Of a stretch of 64,000 bases of DNA, positions 28,459-38,375 are shown in pieces. Source of the DNA: a candidate division WOR-3 bacterium (GTDB lineage Bacteria > Hydrothermota > Hydrothermia > JBDRYB01); contig JBDRYB010000001.1 in assembly GCA_039803205.1 (NCBI GenBank), forward strand, positions 139,413 through 203,412, written 5' to 3'. Made by a program: the position numbers and the translations under genes. The notes under the pieces are model-generated. The model made no database searches, was not told the origin of the DNA, and worked only from the letters and a program-made list of their open reading frames with translations. Position 1 is the first letter of the stretch, and each line of letters begins with the position of its first letter.

Positions 28459-29304
28459 TCAATCCATCCTGAAGACCCCAGCCTCGCCGCCTATGCTCAG
28501 GTAATAGATCCCCTCCTTTCCAAACTTGGGGCTGAGCCTGTCTTGTCTTCCGGGGAGCTTGTCTGATGTGCCAGAAAATACATCAAGGATATAGATCTCC
28601 GATGAGAGGATTACATGGCCATCGTCGCGAGAGACCTGATAGACAACCCTCTTGCCGTCAGGGGACCAAGAGGGCGCCTCACCCGGGGAAATGAGTCTTT
28701 GGACCCCGGACTCAAAGTCCCAGAGCCAGAAACCCGGTCCAGCCCTGGATACTAGGAGCCTTGTTCCGTCCGGAGACCAGATGGGGCCAAAGAGCGCTAG
28801 GCGTTCCGGGTCCGAGAAAAGCGTATCGGTCTCCCCTGTGGCCGGATCGAACTCAAGGAGGAACCTGCCCTCTATGTCCGTGTAGGCAACCCTGCCGGTC
28901 AGAGGATTCGGGGAAACGGTTGCCACGAGGGAAAAACCAGGAAACCTTTTGTCCCCAACGAAGAGAAACCCGTCTCCTGTATACACGAGCTCATCCTTTA
29001 GCCAAGCGGGGTAGCCCGGACGAGCGAAGCGCTGGCTCTGCCAGCTCAGCTTTGTTCCGGATGCGACTGCGATCCTTCCAGCCCTTATGAAGGCCAGCCG
29101 GGATCCATCCGGAGACCAGGAGACCCCCCACGCAACGACGCTGTCAGTAACCCCCTGAACCCCATTGTCCTCGGACAAAATGTAGAGAACACCATCCTGG
29201 GTTACTGCCGCGAGGGCCTGGCTCGCTGGGGAGGGGGCGAGAAAGGCTATATCACCGTGAAGGCCAAGAAGGGTGTCCGTGCCCGCCAAAAGGAGAAAAA
29301 GCAT
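28459..29304 (-). CDS. TolB-like/PD40 beta-propeller protein
   Basis: Three WSPDG repeats. Confidence 0.75.
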   Translation of the reverse strand: MLFLLLAGTDTLLGLHGDIAFLAPSPASQALAAVTQDGVLYILSEDNGVQGVTDSVVAWGVSWSPDGSRLAFIRAGRIAVASGTKLSWQSQRFARPGYPAWLKDELVYTGDGFLFVGDKRFPGFSLVATVSPNPLTGRVAYTDIEGRFLLEFDPATGETDTLFSDPERLALFGPIWSPDGTRLLVSRAGPGFWLWDFESGVQRLISPGEAPSWSPDGKRVVYQVSRDDGHVILSSEIYILDVFSGTSDKLPGRQDRLSPKFGKEGIYYLSIGGEAGVFRMD

Positions 29305-29307
29305 GAC

Positions 29308-30108
29308 TTACTCCAGGCTGTATCCCCGCGTATATGTGAGGGTCATTCCAACCCTCACTGTGGCTATGGTGTTCGTGTATCTCACATAGTCATAGCCGAG
29401 GCCCAGATCCTCGTCTATGTCAAACTGGGCCTCGTTCAGGTTGATGTCAGTCATGCCCCAAAAATCCAGCCAGGACCAGGGTTTCAGCTTGAGGCCGAGG
29501 TTCAGCTCCACCTCGGGGATGAGAGCGTCCGAGGCTATCTTGTTGTCGTCCTCGTAGGAACAGGAATAGAAGCCTATGTAACCGCCTATCCAGGGCAAGA
29601 TCCCTCTGTTTGGCCTGTTGAACCTGTCGTTCTCCAGGAACAACTTGCCCTCAAGCCCAAAGGAATTCCCGCCCACAGAGTTATCTACATTAAGGTAGTC
29701 GTAAAGCAGGGCGACCTTGGTGCTGTTGAATTTCTCATATCTTATATCAAATCCGAGATAGGTATGGGTCTGGGGGTTCATGAACCTCTTTATCATTATG
29801 TAGAATGCTGTCCTGGTTGAAGGATCGTAGACCACATCGTCCTTTGTCTCCCAGTTCTTAAGGGGTATCTGTTCGTAGAGTATCTCCGCCCCCCATTCGT
29901 TTCTCCTGAACCCTCCCAGAGCGCCCCAGGTAAGACCCATTGCGTTCCAGCGGTTCCAGGAGCCTCCGTGGAACTCGTCCCGGCTGCTATATACTATCTG
30001 CCTGCCCCAGTATGCTCCGTTTCCCCAGCCTGACAAGTAGAAGCGGGTGACATCCGTGCCTTCCTCCCAGAAGGGCAGAACAGAAAAGATAAACAAGGGC
30101 ATCATCAT
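29308..30108 (-). CDS. Putative outer-membrane beta-barrel protein
   Basis: Alternating aromatic/Gly strands and terminal VRVGMTLTY; start near ATG 30108 after AAAGGAGG. Confidence 0.55.
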   Translation of the reverse strand: MMMPLFIFSVLPFWEEGTDVTRFYLSGWGNGAYWGRQIVYSSRDEFHGGSWNRWNAMGLTWGALGGFRRNEWGAEILYEQIPLKNWETKDDVVYDPSTRTAFYIMIKRFMNPQTHTYLGFDIRYEKFNSTKVALLYDYLNVDNSVGGNSFGLEGKLFLENDRFNRPNRGILPWIGGYIGFYSCSYEDDNKIASDALIPEVELNLGLKLKPWSWLDFWGMTDINLNEAQFDIDEDLGLGYDYVRYTNTIATVRVGMTLTYTRGYSLE

Positions 30109-30216
30109 TTCTTGCATGCCTCCTTTGTGCCGGCAATTATAAACCACCGGCTCCTGCTGGTTCAAGGCGCGCTTGAATCCAGATTCCACTGAGGGAGATA
30201 ATATAGCCCAGTATCC

Positions 30217-31740
30217 ATGAGATCAAAAGCCTTTCTGTTTTGGTTTCTCCCCATATTCGTTGCTCTTTGGGCAATTGCAAACCTGCTAGTCCTCCAGACC
30301 TGGCCCAATATCCTTGCCTTTGGTGATGAGGCCTGGTTTTCGGATGTCGCTTGGAGATTCGCGAGAAGTCTCAGGCTTGCCAATACCATATTCCCTTTCA
30401 CCTCGTTTGAGAAAGGGCTCGGCGTTCCAGCCGAGACCATCTATTACGGGGTCCTGGCCGCATTTTTCAGAGCTCTAGGGCCAGGTCTTTTTCAGGCAAG
30501 GCTCCTTTCGCTTATCTCCGCTACATCTGCGATTCTCATCTTGGGCTACCGGCTCAGGGACAACATGGCCTGGATCCCGGTGGCCCTCTCGCCCTCGCTC
30601 CTTCTTGCCTCTCACACCGCGAGGCCAGAGGCCCTGGGATTAATGCTCATCTTAACCTGTATCCTCTCCGCGCTTTCGGATTCCTGGGTTATCCTGGCGC
30701 TACTCTGCGGAGCCTCAGCCTTCATCTCGCCGATAGTTGGGTTTTGGGCAGGGAGCGCCTTCTTGGCTTGGCTTGTTCTGCCAGGGTTGTGGAGAAAGAA
30801 GCTCTGGGCTTCAGGGCTTCTTCTTCTCAGCTTCCTGGCCTGGCTCGGCATCACCGCTTTGATCAGCGGGCCCTGGCTCCTCATACCAGAGGTATCAGAG
30901 AGCTACTATGTCCCGGTCCTGAGGAGCGCAAACCCGATATTTCTCTTGAAGGCGATCCTTAAAAAGACCTACTGGCCTCACATCTTGGGATTCAGGGACC
31001 CTATCATAACCCTCATGTTCGCGGTAGGGCTTATTTCCATCCCTGTCAGAAGGTTCAGGCTTCAAAAGGAAGACAATTTTGCCTGGCTCTTTCTCGTGTT
31101 CGGGATAATCCTTTCAGGCCTAGGCATCTCAAGGACCCCTGACTATTATCTCGTCTACCTGCTGCCGCCAGCTGTTCTCTTGGGTAGTCTCGCATTGAAA
31201 CACCTCAGAACCGCCCATTCCGCGCTGATAACAAGCGCTATCGCCCTGGCTGGGCTCGGAAAGACCATCCTCTGTGTGGTCGCTCTTCTGGCATCAGACC
31301 CGCCCTCCCGCCTCACGGCCCTCAGGGAAAATATCCCCCAGGATGCTGTCGTGATAGGCCCAGCGAACCTCTGGTATGTTCTATATGACAGGAAGCTCGC
31401 TGTCCCTTTTTTCGGAAGGTTCACAAACCGCGAGGAGTTTCTCGCTCTGGTGGACTCCATCTCGCCCGAGCTCGCGATATTCTATGACTCAGACACATCC
31501 GGCTGGTTGTGGGAGAGGGTCTCCGAACCGGAGCCAGTTAAGGTCATTCCTTTTAGGGGATACATGATATCCGGAGCATCGGGCTCCCCGGTTCCCGTTC
31601 AGGAGATAAGGCTCTATCGCCTGAGATGCGGCGCGGCCGAGGGCACAAAACAGGATGATGCACCCTCAATCCATGGGAGGAGTGCCCTCGCTCCAACCCC
31701 CTGGCCGAGCTCAACGCTCTCGGAGACCGAAAGCCCCTGA
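30217..31740 (+). CDS. GT-C fold (ArnT/PMT-like) membrane glycosyltransferase
   Basis: GDEAWF after TM1, ARLLS, ARPEA, multiple TM helices. Confidence 0.7.
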   Translation: MRSKAFLFWFLPIFVALWAIANLLVLQTWPNILAFGDEAWFSDVAWRFARSLRLANTIFPFTSFEKGLGVPAETIYYGVLAAFFRALGPGLFQARLLSLISATSAILILGYRLRDNMAWIPVALSPSLLLASHTARPEALGLMLILTCILSALSDSWVILALLCGASAFISPIVGFWAGSAFLAWLVLPGLWRKKLWASGLLLLSFLAWLGITALISGPWLLIPEVSESYYVPVLRSANPIFLLKAILKKTYWPHILGFRDPIITLMFAVGLISIPVRRFRLQKEDNFAWLFLVFGIILSGLGISRTPDYYLVYLLPPAVLLGSLALKHLRTAHSALITSAIALAGLGKTILCVVALLASDPPSRLTALRENIPQDAVVIGPANLWYVLYDRKLAVPFFGRFTNREEFLALVDSISPELAIFYDSDTSGWLWERVSEPEPVKVIPFRGYMISGASGSPVPVQEIRLYRLRCGAAEGTKQDDAPSIHGRSALAPTPWPSSTLSETESP

Positions 31741-32657
31741 ACCAGATAAAGCCAGTTCTCGTCCGCGTTGGACCAACGGGTGAGCCAAAGCCCATTCGGC
31801 TCTCCGGCAAGCCCCATCATCCCTGGGCCCATGGGGAGACTGTCCAGGAGGGTCATGCTCGGTATGCCGTAGGCCAACAGGGTTCCGTCATAACCAATAA
31901 CATATCCCCAATCCCCAAGAATGGTTATAGCGCCAGGACTGTGCCCAGTGAAAAGGACCGAATCAATGGGGTTCAGGTTTCCCGGATCAATAACCACAAC
32001 CTTTCCCCAGACACTTCCCCCGTAATCAGGGTAATCCCCCGTAATGAGGACATGGAGCCGCCCCTGACCATCAACCGCGCAGAACTGGGGATTCACATCA
32101 AGAGCAACCGAATCCACGGCTCCGGTTGCGGGATCATACTCGTATAGCGCTCCAGGGCCGTAGGTATAGCTTCCGAGATCGTAGCCCGTGCAAACCACAT
32201 ATATCCTTCCGCCAAAAGCGAGAACGCCCTCGGGGGCCTTCCCAACCCTTACCGAATCAACGAGGGAGTTGTTCTCCAGGATATAGAGCATGTCGGACGC
32301 GAATCCGGATATGTATATCTTTCCATCAAGCATCGCACCACCGTATGGGTTGGATCCCGGTGGCATGGGTATGGTTGCCACGAGCTCAGGCGGAACGGTT
32401 GGCCGGTAGATCATCACGGACGGGGTGCCTGAGAACCCTGAGTTCACGAGATAGAGGTAAGTCCCGTCGGAGAAGAGGATGTTTGGGGTAGCGCCAGCTG
32501 GGACCGGATCAACGAGGCTGTCCTCGTTTGGCAGATACACGGCTATTGCCTCTGCCATGTCCTCCACGATATATACCGAGTATTGGGGTTGGGCCTCTGG
32601 CTCCCTGTGGCAAGAGAGTGCCAAGAGGACCGCGCTCATATATTTAATCCTTCTCAT
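31614..32657 (-). CDS. YncE/BtuG-like beta-propeller lipoprotein
   Basis: Lipobox LALS-C; YLVNSG, VGKAPEG, IYVVCTG blades; directly downstream of the riboswitch-controlled receptor. Confidence 0.7.
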   Translation of the reverse strand: MRRIKYMSAVLLALSCHREPEAQPQYSVYIVEDMAEAIAVYLPNEDSLVDPVPAGATPNILFSDGTYLYLVNSGFSGTPSVMIYRPTVPPELVATIPMPPGSNPYGGAMLDGKIYISGFASDMLYILENNSLVDSVRVGKAPEGVLAFGGRIYVVCTGYDLGSYTYGPGALYEYDPATGAVDSVALDVNPQFCAVDGQGRLHVLITGDYPDYGGSVWGKVVVIDPGNLNPIDSVLFTGHSPGAITILGDWGYVIGYDGTLLAYGIPSMTLLDSLPMGPGMMGLAGEPNGLWLTRWSNADENWLYLVQGLSVSESVELGQGVGARALLPWIEGASSCFVPSAAPHLRR

Positions 32658-32659
32658 CT

Positions 32660-34213
32660 TTACCTCCAGGTTATTTCCAAGACGAACCTTCTGCCCGGTA
32701 TGGGATACCCGGCTATTTGCTGTGGGGTCTGATCCGAGAGGTTTAGAAACGATAGGGAGATACCGAAGCGCTCTCTAGTCAAAGAGGCTCCGGCATCCGC
32801 CAAGAGGAAACCCTGCAGCTCCCTAACGCCTCCCGGGGTGGTCACCCTTGGGCCAAGGTAATTCAGGCAAAGCCATAAATTTCTCCAGGAGAGCCTCGCG
32901 TGTGCCTTCCAGTCCGGAACATGCGCGAGGCGCCTCGCGCTCCAACGAACAGGATTCCAGGAAACCGTAGCCTCAAAGAAGGCCTCCCTCGCGGAGAACC
33001 CCGCCTCCGGAGCCATAACCCGATCCAGATTCACTGGGCTCCACCTATCCCCCGGAACCCAGGCTATGTAATCATCAACGAGCTTGAGAGAGGCCCAAGC
33101 TCTGAGGTTGTCGGACTCAAGGCCGAGCTCTCCGCCCCACATCTTTTCGGGCCTGAGGAGAGGATTGCCCTTCGCGAACCCATCATCTGGCCAGGCAAGG
33201 TCGTTTATGGCAGGGGCGACTGCATCGCAGAAACCCGCGGCCCTGAACCAAGAGATCCTCAAGCCAGCCTCTCCAACCGGAAAGGCGTTCAGGGTTTCGG
33301 GGCCCTTCCAGAGCACTCCGCCGAGCTGGCAGAACCACCTTTCTCGGATGAGCGCGACCTTTGGCCTCGCGGAATAGGTCACAACGCCAAGCGCGCTCGG
33401 CCTCGCCAGCTCAATGCTCAAACCCAATTTGGAAAATCTCATGCCTATGTTCGCGGCTGTGGTCCTGGAAACCCTGACCTCATCCGAATACGCGATCGCG
33501 TCCCTCAGACCGAAAACACACAGTTCCCCGTAGCTCAAGGAGATGAGCGCTATTGTGTCGGAGAGCCGCGCGGATGGGGTTGGGGAGCCTATGGGGCCAG
33601 GCGATCCCCTCTCTGTCGCGCTAGCTAATAGGCTGGCTGAGAGGTTTCCCGATAGGAATGCCCCTGTAGCCCCGATCTGCTTCTCATCAGAGTTCCTTCT
33701 CCTTGCCTCTCTTCCGAACTCATCCGCGTAGGGATAGCAGTTATCGGCTCTCCTGTATGATAGTCCCCAGAGGGCCGGCCCCATCCGTAAGAATCCGGCC
33801 CCCCCGAAAAGACCAAAACTCCCAGCGAAAAGCCGGGCCTCGGAGGTATCAGGCAACCATAGCCTGATCTCCGGGGACCCGGAAAGCATCAGGATGCCGC
33901 GGCCCATTAATGGCATTGGCAAGAGGGAAAGGTCAACGGTGCCGCTTGCGGGAGAATTCACGGGAACCCCAGCGAGGAGGACCCTCGTGTGCCTGGATGG
34001 GAGGCCGGAGAGCCCAGGGGTCATCATGCCCCCATAATCGTAGAGCCCAAATTGCCTGAGGGTAGCGGAGGGTTCTGTCCCAACCATCAAGGACTCAGCC
34101 CTTATGCCAGGCAAGGAGGCGGTTGCGATCACCTCCTGAACCTGATAAACGGGCAAGGAATCCTCATCAGGCGAGGCTCCTGCGATCGCACAAGCTATCA
34201 AAAACATCCCCAT
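32660..34213 (-). CDS. btuB: TonB-dependent receptor, probable cobalamin transporter
   Basis: Plug motif HTRVLLAGVPVNSP..GTVDLS, GNPLLRPE, NLSD..YPIPGR; cobalamin riboswitch upstream. Confidence 0.7.
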   Translation of the reverse strand: MGMFLIACAIAGASPDEDSLPVYQVQEVIATASLPGIRAESLMVGTEPSATLRQFGLYDYGGMMTPGLSGLPSRHTRVLLAGVPVNSPASGTVDLSLLPMPLMGRGILMLSGSPEIRLWLPDTSEARLFAGSFGLFGGAGFLRMGPALWGLSYRRADNCYPYADEFGREARRRNSDEKQIGATGAFLSGNLSASLLASATERGSPGPIGSPTPSARLSDTIALISLSYGELCVFGLRDAIAYSDEVRVSRTTAANIGMRFSKLGLSIELARPSALGVVTYSARPKVALIRERWFCQLGGVLWKGPETLNAFPVGEAGLRISWFRAAGFCDAVAPAINDLAWPDDGFAKGNPLLRPEKMWGGELGLESDNLRAWASLKLVDDYIAWVPGDRWSPVNLDRVMAPEAGFSAREAFFEATVSWNPVRWSARRLAHVPDWKAHARLSWRNLWLCLNYLGPRVTTPGGVRELQGFLLADAGASLTRERFGISLSFLNLSDQTPQQIAGYPIPGRRFVLEITWR

Positions 34214-34295
34214 AACCTCTTATGGGGAGCCATACGGGAAGGCCAGAGAGTTATGCATTTGCCCCTTTCCCCGGAGGCTCCAACTCGTTGGTTTT

Positions 34296-34452
34296 CGGGC
34301 AAGGTTTTCCGGCTTCCGGCTCAGAGGCCCTCGCCTTCCCAGGAGAGCGGCTCTCACCTACAACTCCCAGTGGCATTCTGAGGGCCCCTATCTGCCAGTC
34401 ACGGCTGCGGGGACAGCCCGGGATTCTCACCCGGTTCCCTTGAACCCAGGAG
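34296..34452 (-). ncRNA. Cobalamin riboswitch
   Basis: Minus strand AAGGGAACCGGGTGAGAATCCCGGGCTGTCCCCGCAGCCGTGA ... GCCACTGGG ... GGGAAGGC ... AAGCCGGAAAACCT (B12 box). Confidence 0.9.
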
Positions 34453-34524
34453 GAAAATTATAGACCATAACCCCGCAGGGATGCAAGTTGAATTCGCGGC
34501 CTCTTTTGCCTTAACCTTATAGCT

Positions 34525-36366
34525 ATGCTATGGGAGATCTTTTGCCTGGGTATACTCAGCCAACAGCCTGATACCTCAAAAAAAGACACGATGTTCGGCG
34601 CCGGAACCGAAATGGAAGAGGAGGTCACGGCTATTGGCGAATACAGGATAAAGGACATGCGGATGCCCCTTTTGGACCCTCCTTTCAACGCCATAGAGGC
34701 AATAAACCTTTCCCTCGCTCAACAAGGCGCACCGGAGGATGTGATCTCAGCCGCTTCATCCCTCTCATCAAGGGTAAGCGCGCTTGACACGGCCGGCGCG
34801 CTTAGGGTTGCCCAGGGGGTTAAGGTCAAGGGGGAGTACGCCAAATCCGGCGAGTTTCTTGCCGCTGTAGCGGATTACTCCTTCGGGAGATACTGGCTCT
34901 CAGCAGGGGATCTGAAGGACTTCGTAAACAAAAACCGAGGATTCCCTCTGGGCCGGGAGGCGAGGGCCTTGGCTGTCCTCTCATACCTATACTGGGGCAG
35001 GTTCGCGGAGGGCCAAGCAGTTGGCTCTGTGTATGTGAAGGAAGGAGAAGAGGATGTTGAGAGGGGTTTCTGGAACGGTTGGACGATCTGGGCCACCGGA
35101 ATGTGCAGCTATTTCAAGGGGGACTATGAGGTCGCGGAACGCTACTTCCTGGAGAACATAACCCACAATTCGGATTCCCTTGTGGTTCTTTACTCAAGGC
35201 TCGGTGCTGGCTGGTGCAACCTTCACGAGGCCAGGCCCCAGGACGCCAAGGCGCAGTTAGAGATAGTTCTCCTGAGCGCGCCTGAGGGGTCCGATCTCGC
35301 GAGATGCGCTGAGCTGGGCACAGCAATAGCGGTCTTCAATATGGGAAAATATCAGGATGCCTACAAAAGGCTCAACGAGATAAGCGTGCCTTTGCCCAGA
35401 AATCCGTATCTTGCCGCTGAGATACTCTATCAGAAAGGGACTATGGGTGAGGTGATGAGGGATTATGCGGGGTCAGAGCGCTCATGGCGTCAGGTCATAG
35501 AGGATTACGGCAACCTTCCGCAGGCCGCGGACGCGGCTTTCAGGCTCGGTCAGTCATACGCGGCCGGCGGCGACAACGAGCACGCTACAGCCATACTTGA
35601 GTGGCTCGTGAAGCAGTTCCCGGATTATCCGAAGAACGACAGGGCAATATACATGCTCGCCGAGATGTATTTCTCCCTGAAGGATTTCAGGAGCGCCCTG
35701 ATGAAGTTCAAGGAGTTTCTGGCCCGGTTCCCCAACAACCGGCTCGTGCCTGATGTGAGGGAGCGCCTGGCGCAGACATACTACGCCATCGCGCTTGAGG
35801 ATGAAAGCATACTTCCGGAGTTTGAGAGGGAATTTCCAAACTCACAGGAGCTCGCTGAGTCATACTATTACTGGGCCGTGAAACACTACGAGGAGGGAGT
35901 TGCAAAGCAAAACAACTCTGAATACGATACATCCGCGGCCCTATTCCACAAGATGGCGCTTCTTTTCCCAAAGCACAGGAGGGCATCGGACGCCTTGTTC
36001 TATGCGGGGCAGATCTACTTCAACCAGAAGAAATACTCCCTCTCCGCTGACCTCCTTGACAAGTTCATAAGATCCTATCCGGAAAGCGAGCACAGGAATG
36101 AGGCCGCGGTCCTGGTGGGAATGTCCTATGTGATAATAAATAGGCCCATGGAAGCGGTGGGGCTTTTGACCGATCTCCTGAATACCTCTTCTGAGCCCGC
36201 TGATCGGGCGGTTGCCCATCACTACCTCGGGCTAGCCTACATACAGCTGGGAGATGTAGAGAAGGCCTTAGATCATCTGAATGATGCCGCTCTCATTTAC
36301 CAAGACCTGGGCAGGATGGAGGACCTTGAGACCATAAACAAGATCAAGAAGGAGCTGGTCAAGTGA
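34525..36366 (+). CDS. Exported TPR protein (BamD/CpoB-like repeats)
   Basis: Repeated A-x-Y-x-LG/A..F/YP-x-S/N TPR units. Confidence 0.75.
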   Translation: MLWEIFCLGILSQQPDTSKKDTMFGAGTEMEEEVTAIGEYRIKDMRMPLLDPPFNAIEAINLSLAQQGAPEDVISAASSLSSRVSALDTAGALRVAQGVKVKGEYAKSGEFLAAVADYSFGRYWLSAGDLKDFVNKNRGFPLGREARALAVLSYLYWGRFAEGQAVGSVYVKEGEEDVERGFWNGWTIWATGMCSYFKGDYEVAERYFLENITHNSDSLVVLYSRLGAGWCNLHEARPQDAKAQLEIVLLSAPEGSDLARCAELGTAIAVFNMGKYQDAYKRLNEISVPLPRNPYLAAEILYQKGTMGEVMRDYAGSERSWRQVIEDYGNLPQAADAAFRLGQSYAAGGDNEHATAILEWLVKQFPDYPKNDRAIYMLAEMYFSLKDFRSALMKFKEFLARFPNNRLVPDVRERLAQTYYAIALEDESILPEFEREFPNSQELAESYYYWAVKHYEEGVAKQNNSEYDTSAALFHKMALLFPKHRRASDALFYAGQIYFNQKKYSLSADLLDKFIRSYPESEHRNEAAVLVGMSYVIINRPMEAVGLLTDLLNTSSEPADRAVAHHYLGLAYIQLGDVEKALDHLNDAALIYQDLGRMEDLETINKIKKELVK

Positions 36367-36375
36367 GCCCTTACC

Positions 36376-37752
36376 TTAGCAGTCGCCCCTTCTGATCGCG
36401 GCCGCGCCGGCCACCAAAGCCGCAAAAGGCGCCCAGGCGACCCGGAACCGGGCCATGGACCCTGGCCCGGGAAGGAGAACGAGGTAGGCAAGGTATAGCA
36501 TCGGGAAAATAACCATGGGGTTCCTCCGCCCGCGCCAAGCCCCAAGAACGAATAGCAGGTATATTCCGAGCAGAATAGCCGCCTGGGGAATCCAGAGTAG
36601 AAGCGTGGCCTTTTCCCTACGCCAGAGCCTAGCCAGCTCATCCCTGAACGCGGAAAAGCCTTGTCCGGCAAGCCTCAGGTATAGATCCGAGTGTACCCAC
36701 CTACCGGTAAGGATGTAGGAGGTGTTTATCGCTGGCATAAGGCCACGGGGCAGGCCTTTGAGATACACCAGAAAATAATCAACCGGATGCTGAAGAATGT
36801 AATCCGTAGATCTCTCGGCCATGAGCCTTGCCGCGAGCATGGGGTTTGAATCCGCCTCAGCGAGAATGGCCCCCATTTCCCTCACTATTTCCGAATCCAT
36901 GGTCAGAAAATCCTTGCCTTCAATCCTGGCCCTAACAGCCGCATAGTGATACCTCATCAGGGTATAGCCCTGAATGCTGGTAAGCTCTGGGACACGGAAC
37001 TCCAAATAGTTTCTCAGATACCAGAGGCCAATCCCCCCTAAGTAAATTATCAGAGCAAGGCCCGCGCTGAGGGTTCTTTTCCAGGCCCTCCGGACGATAT
37101 AAAAAAGGCAAAGGCCCAGAAATAGCAGAGGGAAAAGGTAAAGCGATGTGGGCTTGGTCAGGGTAGCTGAGGCAGAGGAAACCCCAAGTAGCAGTGCAAA
37201 CAGAGGGTGAGGTTTATCCCACCAAACAAAAAGAAGAAGCAGGGAAAGCACGAGGATGAACGCGAAAAGGGTCTCAGCCATGACCCCAGAGGCCATGAGA
37301 AAGGAGGAAGGCTCACAAGCGAGCGCCAGAGCGGCAAGAAGCCCACCCTTTTGCCCCCAGAGCCTTTTCCCGATACAGAATACGAGGGCCACCGTGAGGG
37401 TTGAAAGGATGACCTGGAATAGGGTTGCGGCCGTAGTGGAGCATCCCGTAGGCCAGTAAAAGAGCGCGAGAAAGAGGGGATAGCCAGGGGTTCTGTCGGG
37501 GTCCGGATCCGAGACAGAGGTTTCTGCGCCACAGTTATGGGGGTTTGGGCAGATCACATAGGAGGCCATGGGCCAGGTGCTGAAGGCGTGGTGTTTAACG
37601 AGATTGGTCGCTATATAGTGATACTGATATGTGTCTGTGCCTTCCCCTCCCCAGAGATACCTCTCAGGGTGCCGTATGCCAAAACTCCAAGGAATGAGCC
37701 TGAGGCAGAGCGCGAGGCCCAGGGTTAGCCAAAGCCACCTGAAGTTGAACAC
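36376..37752 (-). CDS. GT-C fold (family 39/83-like) glycosyltransferase
   Basis: D..QY..IA.NL, RTPGYPLFLA, MAETLF, RNY, RFR; paralog of 54576. Confidence 0.75.
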   Translation of the reverse strand: MFNFRWLWLTLGLALCLRLIPWSFGIRHPERYLWGGEGTDTYQYHYIATNLVKHHAFSTWPMASYVICPNPHNCGAETSVSDPDPDRTPGYPLFLALFYWPTGCSTTAATLFQVILSTLTVALVFCIGKRLWGQKGGLLAALALACEPSSFLMASGVMAETLFAFILVLSLLLLFVWWDKPHPLFALLLGVSSASATLTKPTSLYLFPLLFLGLCLFYIVRRAWKRTLSAGLALIIYLGGIGLWYLRNYLEFRVPELTSIQGYTLMRYHYAAVRARIEGKDFLTMDSEIVREMGAILAEADSNPMLAARLMAERSTDYILQHPVDYFLVYLKGLPRGLMPAINTSYILTGRWVHSDLYLRLAGQGFSAFRDELARLWRREKATLLLWIPQAAILLGIYLLFVLGAWRGRRNPMVIFPMLYLAYLVLLPGPGSMARFRVAWAPFAALVAGAAAIRRGDC

Positions 37753-37871
37753 ACGGAAATTATAGGCTTAGGGTGAATCTGAATTCAAAAACCTAAACAA
37801 AAAGCCCTTGGACCAAGGGAACCGTAGCTCTAAGGATGCAATCCCAGCCCCCCAGCCATTATACTCTCAGG

Positions 37872-38315
37872 GTGGTAATTAGGCCAGCCAGGCCGGAGGA
37901 TATTGAGCCTGTCCTCGCGATAGAAAAGGCCTCTTTCCCCGAATCATCCTGGAGCAAAAACGCCTTCCTTTCCGAGCTCGTGAAAACGGGGACCCGGTTC
38001 TGGGTCGCTGATGATGGCGAGGTCGTCGGCTACATCGTTGTCTGGGACATGGTTGATTACCTTTATATTGCCAACATCGCCGTCCGGGAGGACAAGAGGG
38101 GCAGGGGCATAGGGAAGTCCCTCATGCGCGCCTGTTTGGATGAGGCGATTGAGACCCGCAGAAAGGCAATACTCCTGGATGTCAGGGTTTCAAACCAGAG
38201 GGCGAGGAGATTTTACGAGGGCCTCGGTTTCGTGGAGATGAGGCTGAATCCCAGGTTTTACGGCACTGAGGACGGGATAACATACATCCTGATGCTGGAG
38301 GGCCGGGGCCATTGA
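37872..38315 (+). CDS. rimI: Ribosomal-protein-alanine N-acetyltransferase
   Basis: IE..SF...W, NIAV, RGRGIG, LDVRVSN..A..FY..GF, R/FY..EDG; GTG start 37872. Confidence 0.85.
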   Translation: MVIRPARPEDIEPVLAIEKASFPESSWSKNAFLSELVKTGTRFWVADDGEVVGYIVVWDMVDYLYIANIAVREDKRGRGIGKSLMRACLDEAIETRRKAILLDVRVSNQRARRFYEGLGFVEMRLNPRFYGTEDGITYILMLEGRGH

Positions 38316-38327
38316 TTAAAACGACCC

Positions 38328-38352
38328 TTAGTGGGGCTGGAAGCCCCGCTAA
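38328..38352 (+). terminator. Hairpin after rimI
   Basis: TTAGTGGGGCT/AGCCCCGCTAA stem, no U-tract. Confidence 0.35.
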
Positions 38353-38375
38353 CGGAAAGCGTATAATTTTCAGCC

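Noticed and set aside
34530..34546. TGGGAGATCTTTTGCC resembling the locus 1 box
   Set aside because: It has only one half-site, lies inside a coding start, and has no suitably placed -10
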